Source: Eledone cirrhosa
Lineage: Eukaryota
DNA: 64,000 nt
Direction of reading: 5' to 3'
NCBI GenBank assembly: GCA_964016885.1
Contig: OZ024742.1
Span: forward strand, 142,228,001 to 142,292,000
The translations under genes and the position numbers were made by a program. Numbering within the stretch: position 1 is the stretch's first letter; every line of letters begins with the position of its first letter. Below the pieces are notes generated by a model. That model was not told the DNA's origin. It did no database searches and worked only from the letters and a program-made list of their open reading frames with translations. Below are positions 40,891 through 53,884 of this stretch, piece after piece.

Positions 40891-42518
40891 AATTATACAA
40901 CCACAAAATACAACATCAAACATACATTTAATAGGTCCGATAAAAAATCTTCCACTTCACTTTCACATCTAATTTGGAATTTAAAGAACAACAATATAGA
41001 CTATTCAATATCTTGGGGAACGATTTCGAAAGCACCTGCATACCGAAATATGGCTTTCTCAAGAATCTGTCATTTGTGTATCGAGCAAATTTTTTATATA
41101 ATTAACTGTCAAAATTCTATTAATTTAAAAAGCGAAATTTTTAATTCTTGCAGACATCGCCAAAAATGTACTTTCAGAATTATTTTTAATTTATAATATT
41201 CATTACACTTGACTACATCTTATACACCTTTATCCTGTAATTTAGTGATGTTTTTTTTTAAATAATTTAAATTTTTTACATGATCTTCCTTCTTAAATTT
41301 AGTATTTTTACCAATTGATATTCTTTTCCTAATGATAATCTTCTTAATCTATTTTTTAGATTTATATATATTTTTTAGATTTATATATATATTTTTTTAG
41401 ATTGATACTTTTTAATTGACATTCTGAAAGATATCCTCTTTATGATAGTTCTTCTAAATGCACTCCTGACTTATCTAATAATACATTTTTCCTCTCTTTA
41501 ATCTTCAAACTTTTCACACATCTTTCGACGTAGATAATTTATAATTGAAGTTCTCATCCTTGAAAACATGTAATATAAAATACCTTATAATCTCACACAA
41601 AATAATATATAATTTTCTCTACATACTTTCCGCTTTTTCTAACTATTCATCAAATTTAATAGTTTAACAAATAATATTGGAGTTGTCTTTTCCTTTACAA
41701 TTGAGCAAACATAAACATAACTTGTATGATAAATTATATTATATTTCGCTAAATTAATAATGTTCTGAAAATATTTTCAATGTTGGATGAAAATATTTGA
41801 ATCTACAAATTGTTCTTCTCTTACAATTTGAACTACGTCTTTTTCTTAAATATATATGTAAAATGTAAAATTTACATCTTTCGTAACTCATATTAGAAAC
41901 GTAAACAATTAATACGTGTGTTTTATATCTATAAAATCACCAATAACACTTATATTTATACACTTATTAATCTATATAGATATTTATATACTTACAACCT
42001 GGTTCAATATAATAAGATAAAATGTACTTACAACCATAATTCTTCATATAATCTAATTGATAACTCATAACTTAGCTAAATATTTTTTAAATTCTGGAAT
42101 CATATTCCACCATTCCTACAAACTGTTAATTCTTAACATTTCAATCTTTTTAAATTCACGTAATACAAGCTTTTCTTTCTTTCTCTTTCTTCTTCCTACA
42201 CATACACATATAACCTAATAATTATTTAAATCTACCTAGCGTCTAAAAATAACGTTTTTTTTTCAGCCCTATATCTCAACCTCATTTGCATATTCATCTT
42301 AATAATTTGAAATATTTGATTTTTCCTCTCTTTGCCCTTTTTCCTCTTACTATCCAGGAAAAACTTGAACCGTTAAGATCTCGTTCGTGGATATGTCAAT
42401 ATTTATAAAACTTACTTTGTATTTTATCTAATGAGAGCGTACCAAAGTTTTGGTGCCCTTGAAATATATATAATAGAATAAATATGGTTTTATAAATATA
42501 GTTTTATTAATATCATTG

Positions 42519-42520
<2 letters not shown>
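40888..42520 (+). mobile_element. 3' fragment of a Hydra-like PLE (EN C-terminus, 3' UTR, mutated HHR at ~42419-42480)
   Basis: KHTFNRSDKKSSTSLSHLIWNLK..ISW..CHLCIEQ..NLKSEIFNSCRH. HHR-like tattttat-CTAATGA..GAAAtatataTA-atagaata is related to 835-900. Confidence 0.7.
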
Positions 42521-42584
<64 letters not shown>

Positions 42585-42587
<3 letters not shown>

Positions 42588-43528
42588 GATAAATCTACCA
42601 AGAGTTTACGGTAGTGTCCAATCCGTATGAAGAACTCAATGTAATCCGGATATCATGGAAAGAAGAGATGCAATGAAAAATCACTTTCGGTGAAAGATAA
42701 ACGGAATACAGAGTCAAGATAAAATATTAAAAAAATAATGAATAAAACAATGAAACAGTTCCTTATATTAAACAAAAAAAGTTCATTATTTAACTATCGT
42801 TTCTAGGATATATATGTGTTAGAATTGGCATGCATATTCAACAGATCTATGTACAAAATTATACAAAATTATACAAACTATCAAAATTAAATATACATAC
42901 CCAACACATATATATGCCGTCTTCAGAAATAATGAAATATATTTATTGATAATAACAACAATTCAAAATTTCAGGTCCGTTTGGGAACAGAGTTCAAATT
43001 GACCAATGAAAATACAAAAAATTTTATGCAGTTTGGTGTGTGTATATACATGTAATTAACTTCATACACATATTTACATAAAGATATATGTTCACATGCA
43101 TACGCATGCCAAAAAGATGTATGCAAATACAAAAATTCAAGGCTAATGTCTCTGTAAGTCTATAATCCACAGATAAAATGCGTATAGACACATAAATATG
43201 AAATAAATGTATACACACATTCATATACTCACACATATTCGTACACTCACACCCACACGCGCGTATATGCATAAACATACACACAACTACGAACATACAC
43301 ACACACACACACACCCACACACATATATATGTGCATATAGTATTATCATAAGCATATGGACATTAATGCACGCACATAAACACTGCCACACATATTTAGA
43401 TCAGGATACAGAAATTAGGTGGGAGGGGGGGAGAGGTCAGTATTCAACGGTTTCGGCAGGCTGCCTATTTATAGATGTATCTATAAACTTAGAAATAAAA
43501 AGAAAAGAAAAAGAAAAAAGAAAAAAGA
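42585..43528 (-). mobile_element. Family C PLE-like pseudo-LTR, long arm of an inverted pair
   Basis: 42720-43528 is the reverse complement of 55107-55915 and contains an HHR. Confidence 0.8.
42782..42936 (-). ncRNA. Type I hammerhead with ~115-nt stem II (mirror of 55699-55853)
   Basis: Reverse complement of 55699-55853. Confidence 0.7.
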
Positions 43529-43819
43529 TATCTATGTCTATGTATGAGTATGTATGTGTGTATATGTATGTGTGTGTGTATGTATGTATGAGTGTATGTG
43601 TGTATGTATATGTGTGTATATATATGTATGTATATGTATGTATGTATGTATATATGTATGTATATGTATATATATGTATATGTGTATATATATATATATA
43701 TTTATTATATATGTGTGTGTGTGTGTATATATATCTTTATATATGTGTATGTGTATGTATGTGTAGGTGTGTGTGTGTGAGTATATATGTATGTGTGTAT
43801 ATGTGTATGTATGTGTATC

Positions 43820-43887
<68 letters not shown>

Positions 43888-44643
43888 TGTATATGTGTGT
43901 ATGTGTATGTGTGTATGTGTGTATATATATATATATTTATGTATATATATATATTTATATGTGGGTATGTATGTGTATGTGTGTATATATATGAGTGTAT
44001 TTATATATATATATGTATGTAGGTGTGACTGTATATATATGTATATATATATATATGTATATATATAGCGGCGATGAATTAGTTTTGCGAGGTTTTTTAT
44101 ATGAAATCGTGTGTCGAAACAGATATTGTTATATTTGGGGAGGGTCATATTTGCGTAATATTGCCAGAATTAATAACAGAACACACTCACTGTTTGGTTG
44201 GTTTTCGCTTCTCGCTGTCTTTTATATATATATATCTGCGATCTAACTTACTCGGTCCTCAATGTTGCCATTGACTGACCGGCGGTCAAAAATAATACAG
44301 ATACAATATAGACAAACACATATATATATAGTTTACATAAATCTTTCGTTGCACATCTGCAACATCGTCAGTGGTGTTATATTCATTGTTCCTCCTGTTG
44401 TGTTGTATGTCTACGCCATTTTTTTTGTTCAGTCTGTCTATATATTTATTTATTTATTTGCTTGTTTGTTTATCTTATTTTATTTTGTCTTCTTTGCGCA
44501 TGCGTTTGCGTGTGTGTATAGTGTTATGTGTGATGTGTGACTAGTGTGTATAGTGTTGTGTCTGCTGGGTGACTAGTGTGTGTTTATGTGCTTGTGTATG
44601 TATTTATTTATCTTATTTTATTTTATTTAATTTACTTATTTAT

Positions 44644-46437
44644 TTATACTTCTCTTAGGTCAGTGTTGTTTGTTTGGGTGTTGTTGTTGTTCCACTCATT
44701 CTTTCTGTTTAGCTTTGGTCTTCTAATTTCTATTTCACTGGCCTCTCTGATTTGCCTATCTGCTGGGTCATTCCTATGTTTAGATATTATTCTAATTTCT
44801 ATGTTGTCTATGTTACCGTCATGATGTTGTCTAGCATGTTCGTATAGTACTGACCCGTTTTTTCGTCCTTTTAGTTCCCCCCAGTGTTGGTCTATCCTTT
44901 CACCTATGCTACGAGCTGTCTCACCTATGTATGTTGTTGTCGTGTTTCTGCAAGTACCCTCTGTACATCTTATGCTATAGACTACGTTTCTAGTTTTACA
45001 GTTTATCCGGGGGTTCACCTTACATATGATACATTTCCTATTGGTACAGTGGGTTTTCTTAAAAGGGTAGGTTTTGCTGATCAGGGATTTTATGGTGGTT
45101 CCTGGCTTTTCTACCACCTTTATTTTTAAGTGGGTCTTTCTCAGGGCCTTTCTACACTGGTTAGCTAATTTCCCTCCAGGGGTGGCGTCCACAAACATGA
45201 CACTCTGATATCTCTGGTTGTCGTACCATGATGTGGCCTTCCCTATCTTATGTCTAGCCCTATCTAAGCTATTCCATGATTTGCTCCTGTATAGTGGGCA
45301 AATTCCTTTCATGTCCAGTTCTATGAGGGTCTTATACTTTTCCATGGCTCCTTCGTATACTCTGACTCTGTCTCTTTGGTTGTAGCCAGAGAACTGCATG
45401 CGGTTGATGAAGTGTTGGATGTGTCCTTCCATTTCTGTTGGGTCGCACATGCTGGACACATTCTTCATCACTCGTACCAAATCTGCGATCAGAATATTAA
45501 ACTTAGCACTACTGGACATTGCTGAGTTTTTGAGTATCAGGTATTTGGAGGCCATGGGTTTAGCATAGTGTGAGTGGAGAATTTGGGCTCTCTCGTCTAT
45601 AGTGTTGATCCAGAGTTCTGTGTCTAATACAGGTAGTCTATTGTTAGGGTGTTTGGAAGGGAAGTCTATAGTTACAGTTATACTCTGGTGTATGGAATTA
45701 GCTATCTGCTGGATGCTTTCCATCGTGCTACGTTCTAAATCAAACTTGTTAGTGCTCTCTAGTGGGGGTGTTCTTATAACTATATTGATATCGTCTACAT
45801 AACGAGAGTACATGATGAGGTCTATGGAGCTTTCATTAAGGAGATCTTTAAGTCTCCTTTCCCACCATACCATGAAAAGGTTGGCAACATCGCCAGCTAT
45901 GCTGACGCCGATGGCTGCTCCCTCATTTTGGGTGTAGATTTTCTCATTGAACTTAAATATGTGGCCCTTTAGGGTAGTTTTGATACTAGCCCCTATTGCA
46001 TGTGCGACCATTTTTCTTACCTGATCAGTGTTTTGGGGGGTCCGTATAGCTTTGGTCCACCCAATCCACCTTCCTATGGGAGTCTTTTTAGCCATTGAGG
46101 TTATGGTGGGGGGTCTACCTCTTATAGGTCTACTAGGGCAGAAACATCTAAGGTCATGGCTGTCTAGGTAGTCAGTGTCGTAGGTAAGTCTAAGTAGGAG
46201 GCCCAGTTCGTCTGTGTCGACGTCGCAGAACTCCACCTCACTCTCAATGATCATCTCCACACATCTTTTCACAGCAAAATCAATGTTAATGGATGGGTAC
46301 AGTGACACCACATCCATGCTGCCTATTATGCAGTTGGATAGGCTCCTGTTTTTGTTGCACTCACTGATTCTGCTGAGGAGGTCCTCTGTACTTTCACATA
46401 CATCTGGGGACATCTTGATTATGGGGCGTATAACCAT
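44644..46437 (-). CDS. 5'-truncated PLE RT + GIY-YIG ORF
   Basis: Essentially identical to the C-terminal 597 aa of ORF 50252. The frame continues to the junction at 46540. Confidence 0.88.
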   Translation of the reverse strand: MVIRPIIKMSPDVCESTEDLLSRISECNKNRSLSNCIIGSMDVVSLYPSINIDFAVKRCVEMIIESEVEFCDVDTDELGLLLRLTYDTDYLDSHDLRCFCPSRPIRGRPPTITSMAKKTPIGRWIGWTKAIRTPQNTDQVRKMVAHAIGASIKTTLKGHIFKFNEKIYTQNEGAAIGVSIAGDVANLFMVWWERRLKDLLNESSIDLIMYSRYVDDINIVIRTPPLESTNKFDLERSTMESIQQIANSIHQSITVTIDFPSKHPNNRLPVLDTELWINTIDERAQILHSHYAKPMASKYLILKNSAMSSSAKFNILIADLVRVMKNVSSMCDPTEMEGHIQHFINRMQFSGYNQRDRVRVYEGAMEKYKTLIELDMKGICPLYRSKSWNSLDRARHKIGKATSWYDNQRYQSVMFVDATPGGKLANQCRKALRKTHLKIKVVEKPGTTIKSLISKTYPFKKTHCTNRKCIICKVNPRINCKTRNVVYSIRCTEGTCRNTTTTYIGETARSIGERIDQHWGELKGRKNGSVLYEHARQHHDGNIDNIEIRIISKHRNDPADRQIREASEIEIRRPKLNRKNEWNNNNTQTNNTDLREV

Positions 46438-46539
46438 TGAGAGGAAGTAGGAGATCCTGTAGTTGCTAGCTATATTAGCTCCGCATACAGGTCTTGTTGG
46501 TGGTCCTATTGTCGGGTCGTCGACAGTCTTGTGGTCTTT

Positions 46540-49500
46540 GAAATATGCTCAAAACGAATGCTGTAGGCATTTCAAGAAGAAATTAGAATGGATGAATAAG
46601 AAAAAACTACAAGAAAGGAAAATCGAATATTCTCAAAAATACCCAGATAACATCGACAACATCCGTATGAGTGATGTAAAACTACCGGAAGAATTTACCA
46701 ATGACCACACAGTAAATATCTATGGGAACACTTTAATCAGTGAACAAGAACAACAAATCCTAAAGTTACCACCAAAATTTGCCATCTACAAAAAGATTAA
46801 TCCTATGGAATGCAAAACGGAGCTGGAAAAGTGTTTCACAAAAATACGTTGGAATGCAAAGGTAAACAACAACAACAATAATAACGGTAGTAGTAATATA
46901 AACAATAACTCTGGGTATAGAAATAACAGCCATAACCATAACAATGGCAGGAAAGTGAGAAATAGTGATAATGGTAATAATACTAGCGATAGACAGAACA
47001 ACAACAACCACAATAATAATAATAATAGAAACGTTAACCACAGACACAGCAACAGTGACCACAGTAGTAATAACGGTAACAATACGAACAACAACAACAA
47101 CAATAACCACAGTGGTAATAATGGAAATAGTACATGTAGCAACATCAACAAAAACAAGAAACATAATAATAGTAACAACCACAATGGTAGAAATAGCAGT
47201 AACAACAACAACAATAACGGTGAAGTAAACAACAATACATCTAGCAATCATAACAATAATAATATTAATGCTAAGGATAGAAACAACAACAACCACCATG
47301 ATAACAATAATAGCAACACACACAACTATGACGATAGAAATAACGACAACCCCTTAGAGAAACTATTTTTCAACCCAGCTGACAAAACATATAAGATGGG
47401 TAATATCTATCCTACGAGGTTACCCTTTAATAAAAGAGTTTGCATACCACAACAAATAGATGACGAGACGGAGGCACAGTTCACCATAGCTAGAAATAAG
47501 ATTAGACAAGTAGTAGACAGGTACACTATGAGACAGAGCAGACCAGAGGCCCAACAACTTGGGATAAAACCTGTAGAAGGCTTGGTTAGCCTCAAGCAGC
47601 GCACAAGGGATGGTGAGGTAGTGTGTCTACCCACAGATAAGTCTGGTAGGATGTCAATAGATAGCATGCCGAACTACATCGAGGCAATGCAACCCCACAT
47701 CACCAACACGAGCGAAGTTGCACAACTAACACACGATGGGAGAGAAAAAATCCTCAACGCTCACATGATGATGTGGACTGACATCCTAAAGCCAAGCAGA
47801 CGCACTGCCAACAACTTCCAGGCGTCTAACAATGGCATACCACCCTTGTATGGGCTCCGCAAAGACCACAAGACTGTCGACGACCCGACAATAGGACCAC
47901 CAACAAGACCTGTATGCGGAGCTAATATAGCTAGCAACTACAGGATCTCCTACTTCCTCTCAATGGTTATACGCCCCATAATCAAGATGTCCCCAGATGT
48001 ATGTGAAAGTACAGAGGACCTCCTCAGCAGAATCAGTGAGTGCAACAAAAACAGGAGCCTATCCAACTGCATAATAGGCAGCATGGATGTGGTGTCACTG
48101 TACCCATCCATTAACATTGATTTTGCTGTGAAAAGATGTGTGGAGATGATCATTGAGAGTGAGGTGGAGTTCTGCGACGTCGACACAGACGAACTGGGCC
48201 TCCTACTTAGACTTACCTACGACACTGACTACCTAGACAGCCATGACCTTAGATGTTTCTGCCCTAGTAGACCTATAAGAGGTAGACCCCCCACCATAAC
48301 CTCAATGGCTAAAAAGACTCCCATAGGAAGGTGGATTGGGTGAACCAAAGCTATACGGACCCCCCAAAACACTGATCAGGTAAGAAAAATGGTCGCACAT
48401 GCAATAGGGGCTAGTATCAAAACTACCCTAAAGGGCCACATATTTAAGTTCAATGAGAAAATCTACACCCAAAATGAGGGAGCAGCCATCGGCGTCAGCA
48501 TAGCTGGCGATGTTGCCAACCTTTTCATGGTATGGTGGGAAAGGAGACTTAAAGATCTCCTTAATGAAAGCTCCATAGACCTCATCATGTACTCTCGTTA
48601 TGTAGACGATATCAATATAGTTATAAGAACACCCCCACTAGAGAGCACTAACAAGTTTGATTTAGAACGTAGCACGATGGAAAGCATCCAGCAGATAGCT
48701 AATTCCATACACCAGAGTATAACTGTAACTATAGACTTCCCTTCCAAACACCCTAACAATAGACTACCTGTATTAGACACAGAACTCTGGATCAACACTA
48801 TAGACGAGAGAGCCCAAATTCTCCACTCACACTATGCTAAACCCATGGCCTCCAAATACCTGATACTCAAAAACTCAGCAATGTCCAGTAGTGCTAAGTT
48901 TAATATTCTGATCGCAGATTTGGTACGAGTGATGAAGAATGTGTCCAGCATGTGCGACCCAACAGAAATGGAAGGACACATCCAACACTTCATCAACCGC
49001 ATGCAGTTCTCTGGCTACAACCAAAGAGACAGAGTCAGAGTATACGAAGGAGCCATGGAAAAGTATAAGACCCTCATAGAACTGGACATGAAAGGAATTT
49101 GCCCACTATACAGGAGCAAATCATGGAATAGCTTAGATAGGGCTAGACATAAGATAGGGAAGGCCACATCATGGTACGACAACCAGAGATATCAGAGTGT
49201 CATGTTTGTGGACGCCACCCCTGGAGGGAAATTAGCTAACCAGTGTAGAAAGGCCCTGAGAAAGACCCACTTAAAAATAAAGGTGGTAGAAAAGCCAGGA
49301 ACCACCATAAAATCCCTGATCAGCAAAACCTACCCTTTTAAGAAAACCCACTGTACCAATAGGAAATGTATCATATGTAAGGTGAACCCCCGGATAAACT
49401 GTAAAACTAGAAACGTAGTCTATAGCATAAGATGTACAGAGGGTACTTGCAGAAACACGACAACAACATACATAGGTGAGACAGCTCGTAGCATAGGTGA

Positions 49501-49756
49501 AAGGATAGACCAACACTGGGGGGAACTAAAAGGACGAAAAAACGGGTCAGTACTATACGAACATGCTAGACAACATCATGACGGTAACATAGACAACATA
49601 GAAATTAGAATAATATCTAAACATAGGAATGACCCAGCAGATAGGCAAATCAGAGAGGCCAGTGAAATAGAAATTAGAAGACCAAAGCTAAACAGAAAGA
49701 ATGAGTGGAACAACAACAACACCCAAACAAACAACACTGACCTAAGAGAAGTATAA
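46540..49756 (+). pseudogene. 5'-truncated PLE ORF with a TGG>TGA nonsense change at 48341-48343
   Basis: Matches 50668-53884 except for the stop codon and one V/I change. Confidence 0.88.
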
Positions 49757-50251
49757 ATAAATAAGTAAATTAAATTAAATAAAATAAGATAAATAAATAC
49801 ATACACAAGCACATAAACACACACTAGTCACCCAGCAGACACAACACTATACACACTAGTCACACATCACACATAACACTATACACACACGCAAACGCAT
49901 GCGCAAAGAAGACAAAATAAAATAAGATAAACAAACAAGCAAATAAATAAATAAATATATAGACAGACTGAACAAAAAAAATGGCGTAGACATACAACAC
50001 AACAGGAGGAACAATGAATATAACACCACTGACGATGTTGCAGATGTGCAACGAAAGATTTATGTAAACTATATATATATGTGTTTGTCTATATTGTATC
50101 TGTATTATTTTTGACCGCCGGTCAGTCAATGGCAACATTGAGGACCGAGTAAGTTAGATCGCAGATATATATATATAAAAGACAGCGAGAAGCGAAAACC
50201 AACCAAACAGTGAGTGTGTTCTGTTATTAATTCTGGCAATATTACGCAAAT

Positions 50252-53200
50252 ATGACCCTCCCCAAATATAACAATATCTGTTTCGACACACGATTTCATA
50301 TAAAAAACCTCGCAAAACTAATTCATCGCCGCTATGGCATTAGCTTGTGCCAAGCTGAAAGGTTATTGAAAGACACTGTTTTCTGTTATATAAAAACTAC
50401 AATAACAACAGAACAAATCCGCTTCTTAAAACACTGTGTTTCCTCCAAAACATACACAACAAACATATCAAAACAAGTAAATAATTTATTATTGAACAAA
50501 ACACAAGCGGAACGGCTAAAACACACAATAACAGTTAATATGAAAAGAACAACATACACAAAAGTCAACGCACTCTACAGACAAAAACGCATCAACGGTA
50601 AGGAAATCCGAAATCTCATCACAGCAAACGAGAGAGATGACTTCATGAGCGTCATCCGACGCGAAACGAAATATGCTCAAAACGAATGCTGTAGGCATTT
50701 CAAGAAGAAATTAGAATGGATGAATAAGAAAAAACTACAAGAAAGGAAAATCGAATATTCTCAAAAATACCCAGATAACATCGACAACATCCGTATGAGT
50801 GATGTAAAACTACCGGAAGAATTTACCAATGACCACACAGTAAATATCTATGGGAACACTTTAATCAGTGAACAAGAACAACAAATCCTAAAGTTACCAC
50901 CAAAATTTGCCATCTACAAAAAGATTAATCCTATGGAATGCAAAACGGAGCTGGAAAAGTGTTTCACAAAAATACGTTGGAATGCAAAGGTAAACAACAA
51001 CAACAATAATAACGGTAGTAGTAATATAAACAATAACTCTGGGTATAGAAATAACAGCCATAACCATAACAATGGCAGGAAAGTGAGAAATAGTGATAAT
51101 GGTAATAATACTAGCGATAGACAGAACAACAACAACCACAATAATAATAATAATAGAAACGTTAACCACAGACACAGCAACAGTGACCACAGTAGTAATA
51201 ACGGTAACAATACGAACAACAACAACAACAATAACCACAGTGGTAATAATGGAAATAGTACATGTAGCAACATCAACAAAAACAAGAAACATAATAATAG
51301 TAACAACCACAATGGTAGAAATAGCAGTAACAACAACAACAATAACGGTGAAGTAAACAACAATACATCTAGCAATCATAACAATAATAATATTAATGCT
51401 AAGGATAGAAACAACAACAACCACCATGATAACAATAATAGCAACACACACAACTATGACGATAGAAATAACGACAACCCCTTAGAGAAACTATTTTTCA
51501 ACCCAGCTGACAAAACATATAAGATGGGTAATATCTATCCTACGAGGTTACCCTTTAATAAAAGAGTTTGCATACCACAACAAATAGATGACGAGACGGA
51601 GGCACAGTTCACCATAGCTAGAAATAAGATTAGACAAGTAGTAGACAGGTACACTATGAGACAGAGCAGACCAGAGGCCCAACAACTTGGGATAAAACCT
51701 GTAGAAGGCTTGGTTAGCCTCAAGCAGCGCACAAGGGATGGTGAGGTAGTGTGTCTACCCACAGATAAGTCTGGTAGGATGTCAATAGATAGCATGCCGA
51801 ACTACATCGAGGCAATGCAACCCCACATCACCAACACGAGCGAAGTTGCACAACTAACACACGATGGGAGAGAAAAAATCCTCAACGCTCACATGATGAT
51901 GTGGACTGACATCCTAAAGCCAAGCAGACGCACTGCCAACAACTTCCAGGCGTCTAACAATGGCATACCACCCTTGTATGGGCTCCGCAAAGACCACAAG
52001 ACTGTCGACGACCCGACAATAGGACCACCAACAAGACCTGTATGCGGAGCTAATATAGCTAGCAACTACAGGATCTCCTACTTCCTCTCAATGGTTATAC
52101 GCCCCATAATCAAGATGTCCCCAGATGTATGTGAAAGTACAGAGGACCTCCTCAGCAGAATCAGTGAGTGCAACAAAAACAGGAGCCTATCCAACTGCAT
52201 AATAGGCAGCATGGATGTGGTGTCACTGTACCCATCCATTAACATTGATTTTGCTGTGAAAAGATGTGTGGAGATGATCATTGAGAGTGAGGTGGAGTTC
52301 TGCGACGTCGACACAGACGAACTGGGCCTCCTACTTAGACTTACCTACGACACTGACTACCTAGACAGCCATGACCTTAGATGTTTCTGCCCTAGTAGAC
52401 CTATAAGAGGTAGACCCCCCACCATAACCTCAATGGCTAAAAAGACTCCCATAGGAAGGTGGATTGGGTGGACCAAAGCTATACGGACCCCCCAAAACAC
52501 TGATCAGGTAAGAAAAATGGTCGCACATGCAATAGGGGCTAGTATCAAAACTACCCTAAAGGGCCACATATTTAAGTTCAATGAGAAAATCTACACCCAA
52601 AATGAGGGAGCAGCCATCGGCGTCAGCATAGCTGGCGATGTTGCCAACCTTTTCATGGTATGGTGGGAAAGGAGACTTAAAGATCTCCTTAATGAAAGCT
52701 CCATAGACCTCATCATGTACTCTCGTTATGTAGACGATATCAATATAGTTATAAGAACACCCCCACTAGAGAGCACTAACAAGTTTGATTTAGAACGTAG
52801 CACGATGGAAAGCATCCAGCAGATAGCTAATTCCATACACCAGAGTATAACTGTAACTATAGACTTCCCTTCCAAACACCCTAACAATAGACTACCTGTA
52901 TTAGACACAGAACTCTGGATCAACACTATAGACGAGAGAGCCCAAATTCTCCACTCACACTATGCTAAACCCATGGCCTCCAAATACCTGATACTCAAAA
53001 ACTCAGCAATGTCCAGTAGTGCTAAGTTTAATATTCTGATCGCAGATTTGGTACGAGTGATGAAGAATGTGTCCAGCATGTGCGACCCAACAGAAATGGA
53101 AGGACACATCCAACACTTCATCAACCGCATGCAGTTCTCTGGCTACAACCAAAGAGACAGAGTCAGAGTATACGAAGGAGCCATGGAAAAGTATAAGACC

Positions 53201-53884
53201 CTCATAGAACTGGACATGAAAGGAATTTGCCCACTATACAGGAGCAAATCATGGAATAGCTTAGATAGGGCTAGACATAAGATAGGGAAGGCCACATCAT
53301 GGTACGACAACCAGAGATATCAGAGTGTCATGTTTGTGGACGCCACCCCTGGAGGGAAATTAGCTAACCAGTGTAGAAAGGCCCTGAGAAAGACCCACTT
53401 AAAAATAAAGGTGGTAGAAAAGCCAGGAACCACCATAAAATCCCTGATCAGCAAAACCTACCCTTTTAAGAAAACCCACTGTACCAATAGGAAATGTATC
53501 ATATGTAAGGTGAACCCCCGGATAAACTGTAAAACTAGAAACATAGTCTATAGCATAAGATGTACAGAGGGTACTTGCAGAAACACGACAACAACATACA
53601 TAGGTGAGACAGCTCGTAGCATAGGTGAAAGGATAGACCAACACTGGGGGGAACTAAAAGGACGAAAAAACGGGTCAGTACTATACGAACATGCTAGACA
53701 ACATCATGACGGTAACATAGACAACATAGAAATTAGAATAATATCTAAACATAGGAATGACCCAGCAGATAGGCAAATCAGAGAGGCCAGTGAAATAGAA
53801 ATTAGAAGACCAAAGCTAAACAGAAAGAATGAGTGGAACAACAACAACACCCAAACAAACAACACTGACCTAAGAGAAGTATAA
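50252..53884 (+). CDS. Intact 1210-aa PLE polyprotein: N-terminal domain, Asn-rich insert, RT, GIY-YIG endonuclease
   Basis: PTDKSG, LYGLRKDHK, PTRPV, GSMDVVSLYPSI, QNEGAAIG, YSRYVDD, LPVLD. EN: CIIC..IVYSIRC..C..YIGETAR..RIDQH..EHARQHH..IREA..LNRK. Confidence 0.95.
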   Translation: MTLPKYNNICFDTRFHIKNLAKLIHRRYGISLCQAERLLKDTVFCYIKTTITTEQIRFLKHCVSSKTYTTNISKQVNNLLLNKTQAERLKHTITVNMKRTTYTKVNALYRQKRINGKEIRNLITANERDDFMSVIRRETKYAQNECCRHFKKKLEWMNKKKLQERKIEYSQKYPDNIDNIRMSDVKLPEEFTNDHTVNIYGNTLISEQEQQILKLPPKFAIYKKINPMECKTELEKCFTKIRWNAKVNNNNNNNGSSNINNNSGYRNNSHNHNNGRKVRNSDNGNNTSDRQNNNNHNNNNNRNVNHRHSNSDHSSNNGNNTNNNNNNNHSGNNGNSTCSNINKNKKHNNSNNHNGRNSSNNNNNNGEVNNNTSSNHNNNNINAKDRNNNNHHDNNNSNTHNYDDRNNDNPLEKLFFNPADKTYKMGNIYPTRLPFNKRVCIPQQIDDETEAQFTIARNKIRQVVDRYTMRQSRPEAQQLGIKPVEGLVSLKQRTRDGEVVCLPTDKSGRMSIDSMPNYIEAMQPHITNTSEVAQLTHDGREKILNAHMMMWTDILKPSRRTANNFQASNNGIPPLYGLRKDHKTVDDPTIGPPTRPVCGANIASNYRISYFLSMVIRPIIKMSPDVCESTEDLLSRISECNKNRSLSNCIIGSMDVVSLYPSINIDFAVKRCVEMIIESEVEFCDVDTDELGLLLRLTYDTDYLDSHDLRCFCPSRPIRGRPPTITSMAKKTPIGRWIGWTKAIRTPQNTDQVRKMVAHAIGASIKTTLKGHIFKFNEKIYTQNEGAAIGVSIAGDVANLFMVWWERRLKDLLNESSIDLIMYSRYVDDINIVIRTPPLESTNKFDLERSTMESIQQIANSIHQSITVTIDFPSKHPNNRLPVLDTELWINTIDERAQILHSHYAKPMASKYLILKNSAMSSSAKFNILIADLVRVMKNVSSMCDPTEMEGHIQHFINRMQFSGYNQRDRVRVYEGAMEKYKTLIELDMKGICPLYRSKSWNSLDRARHKIGKATSWYDNQRYQSVMFVDATPGGKLANQCRKALRKTHLKIKVVEKPGTTIKSLISKTYPFKKTHCTNRKCIICKVNPRINCKTRNIVYSIRCTEGTCRNTTTTYIGETARSIGERIDQHWGELKGRKNGSVLYEHARQHHDGNIDNIEIRIISKHRNDPADRQIREASEIEIRRPKLNRKNEWNNNNTQTNNTDLREV

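Noticed and set aside
46463-48343. 626-aa ORF with a distinct N-terminus
   Set aside because: Chimera across the inversion junction at 46540; the first ~26 aa are antisense RT sequence.
48341-48343. In-frame TGA as selenocysteine (as in Naiad PLEs)
   Set aside because: The other two copies have TGG (Trp) here, so it is a nonsense change or a sequencing error.
50148-50216. GTAAGT / GTGAGT splice donors suggesting a PLE intron
   Set aside because: The first is not conserved in the old copy, and no clear acceptor is visible. Needs RNA-seq.
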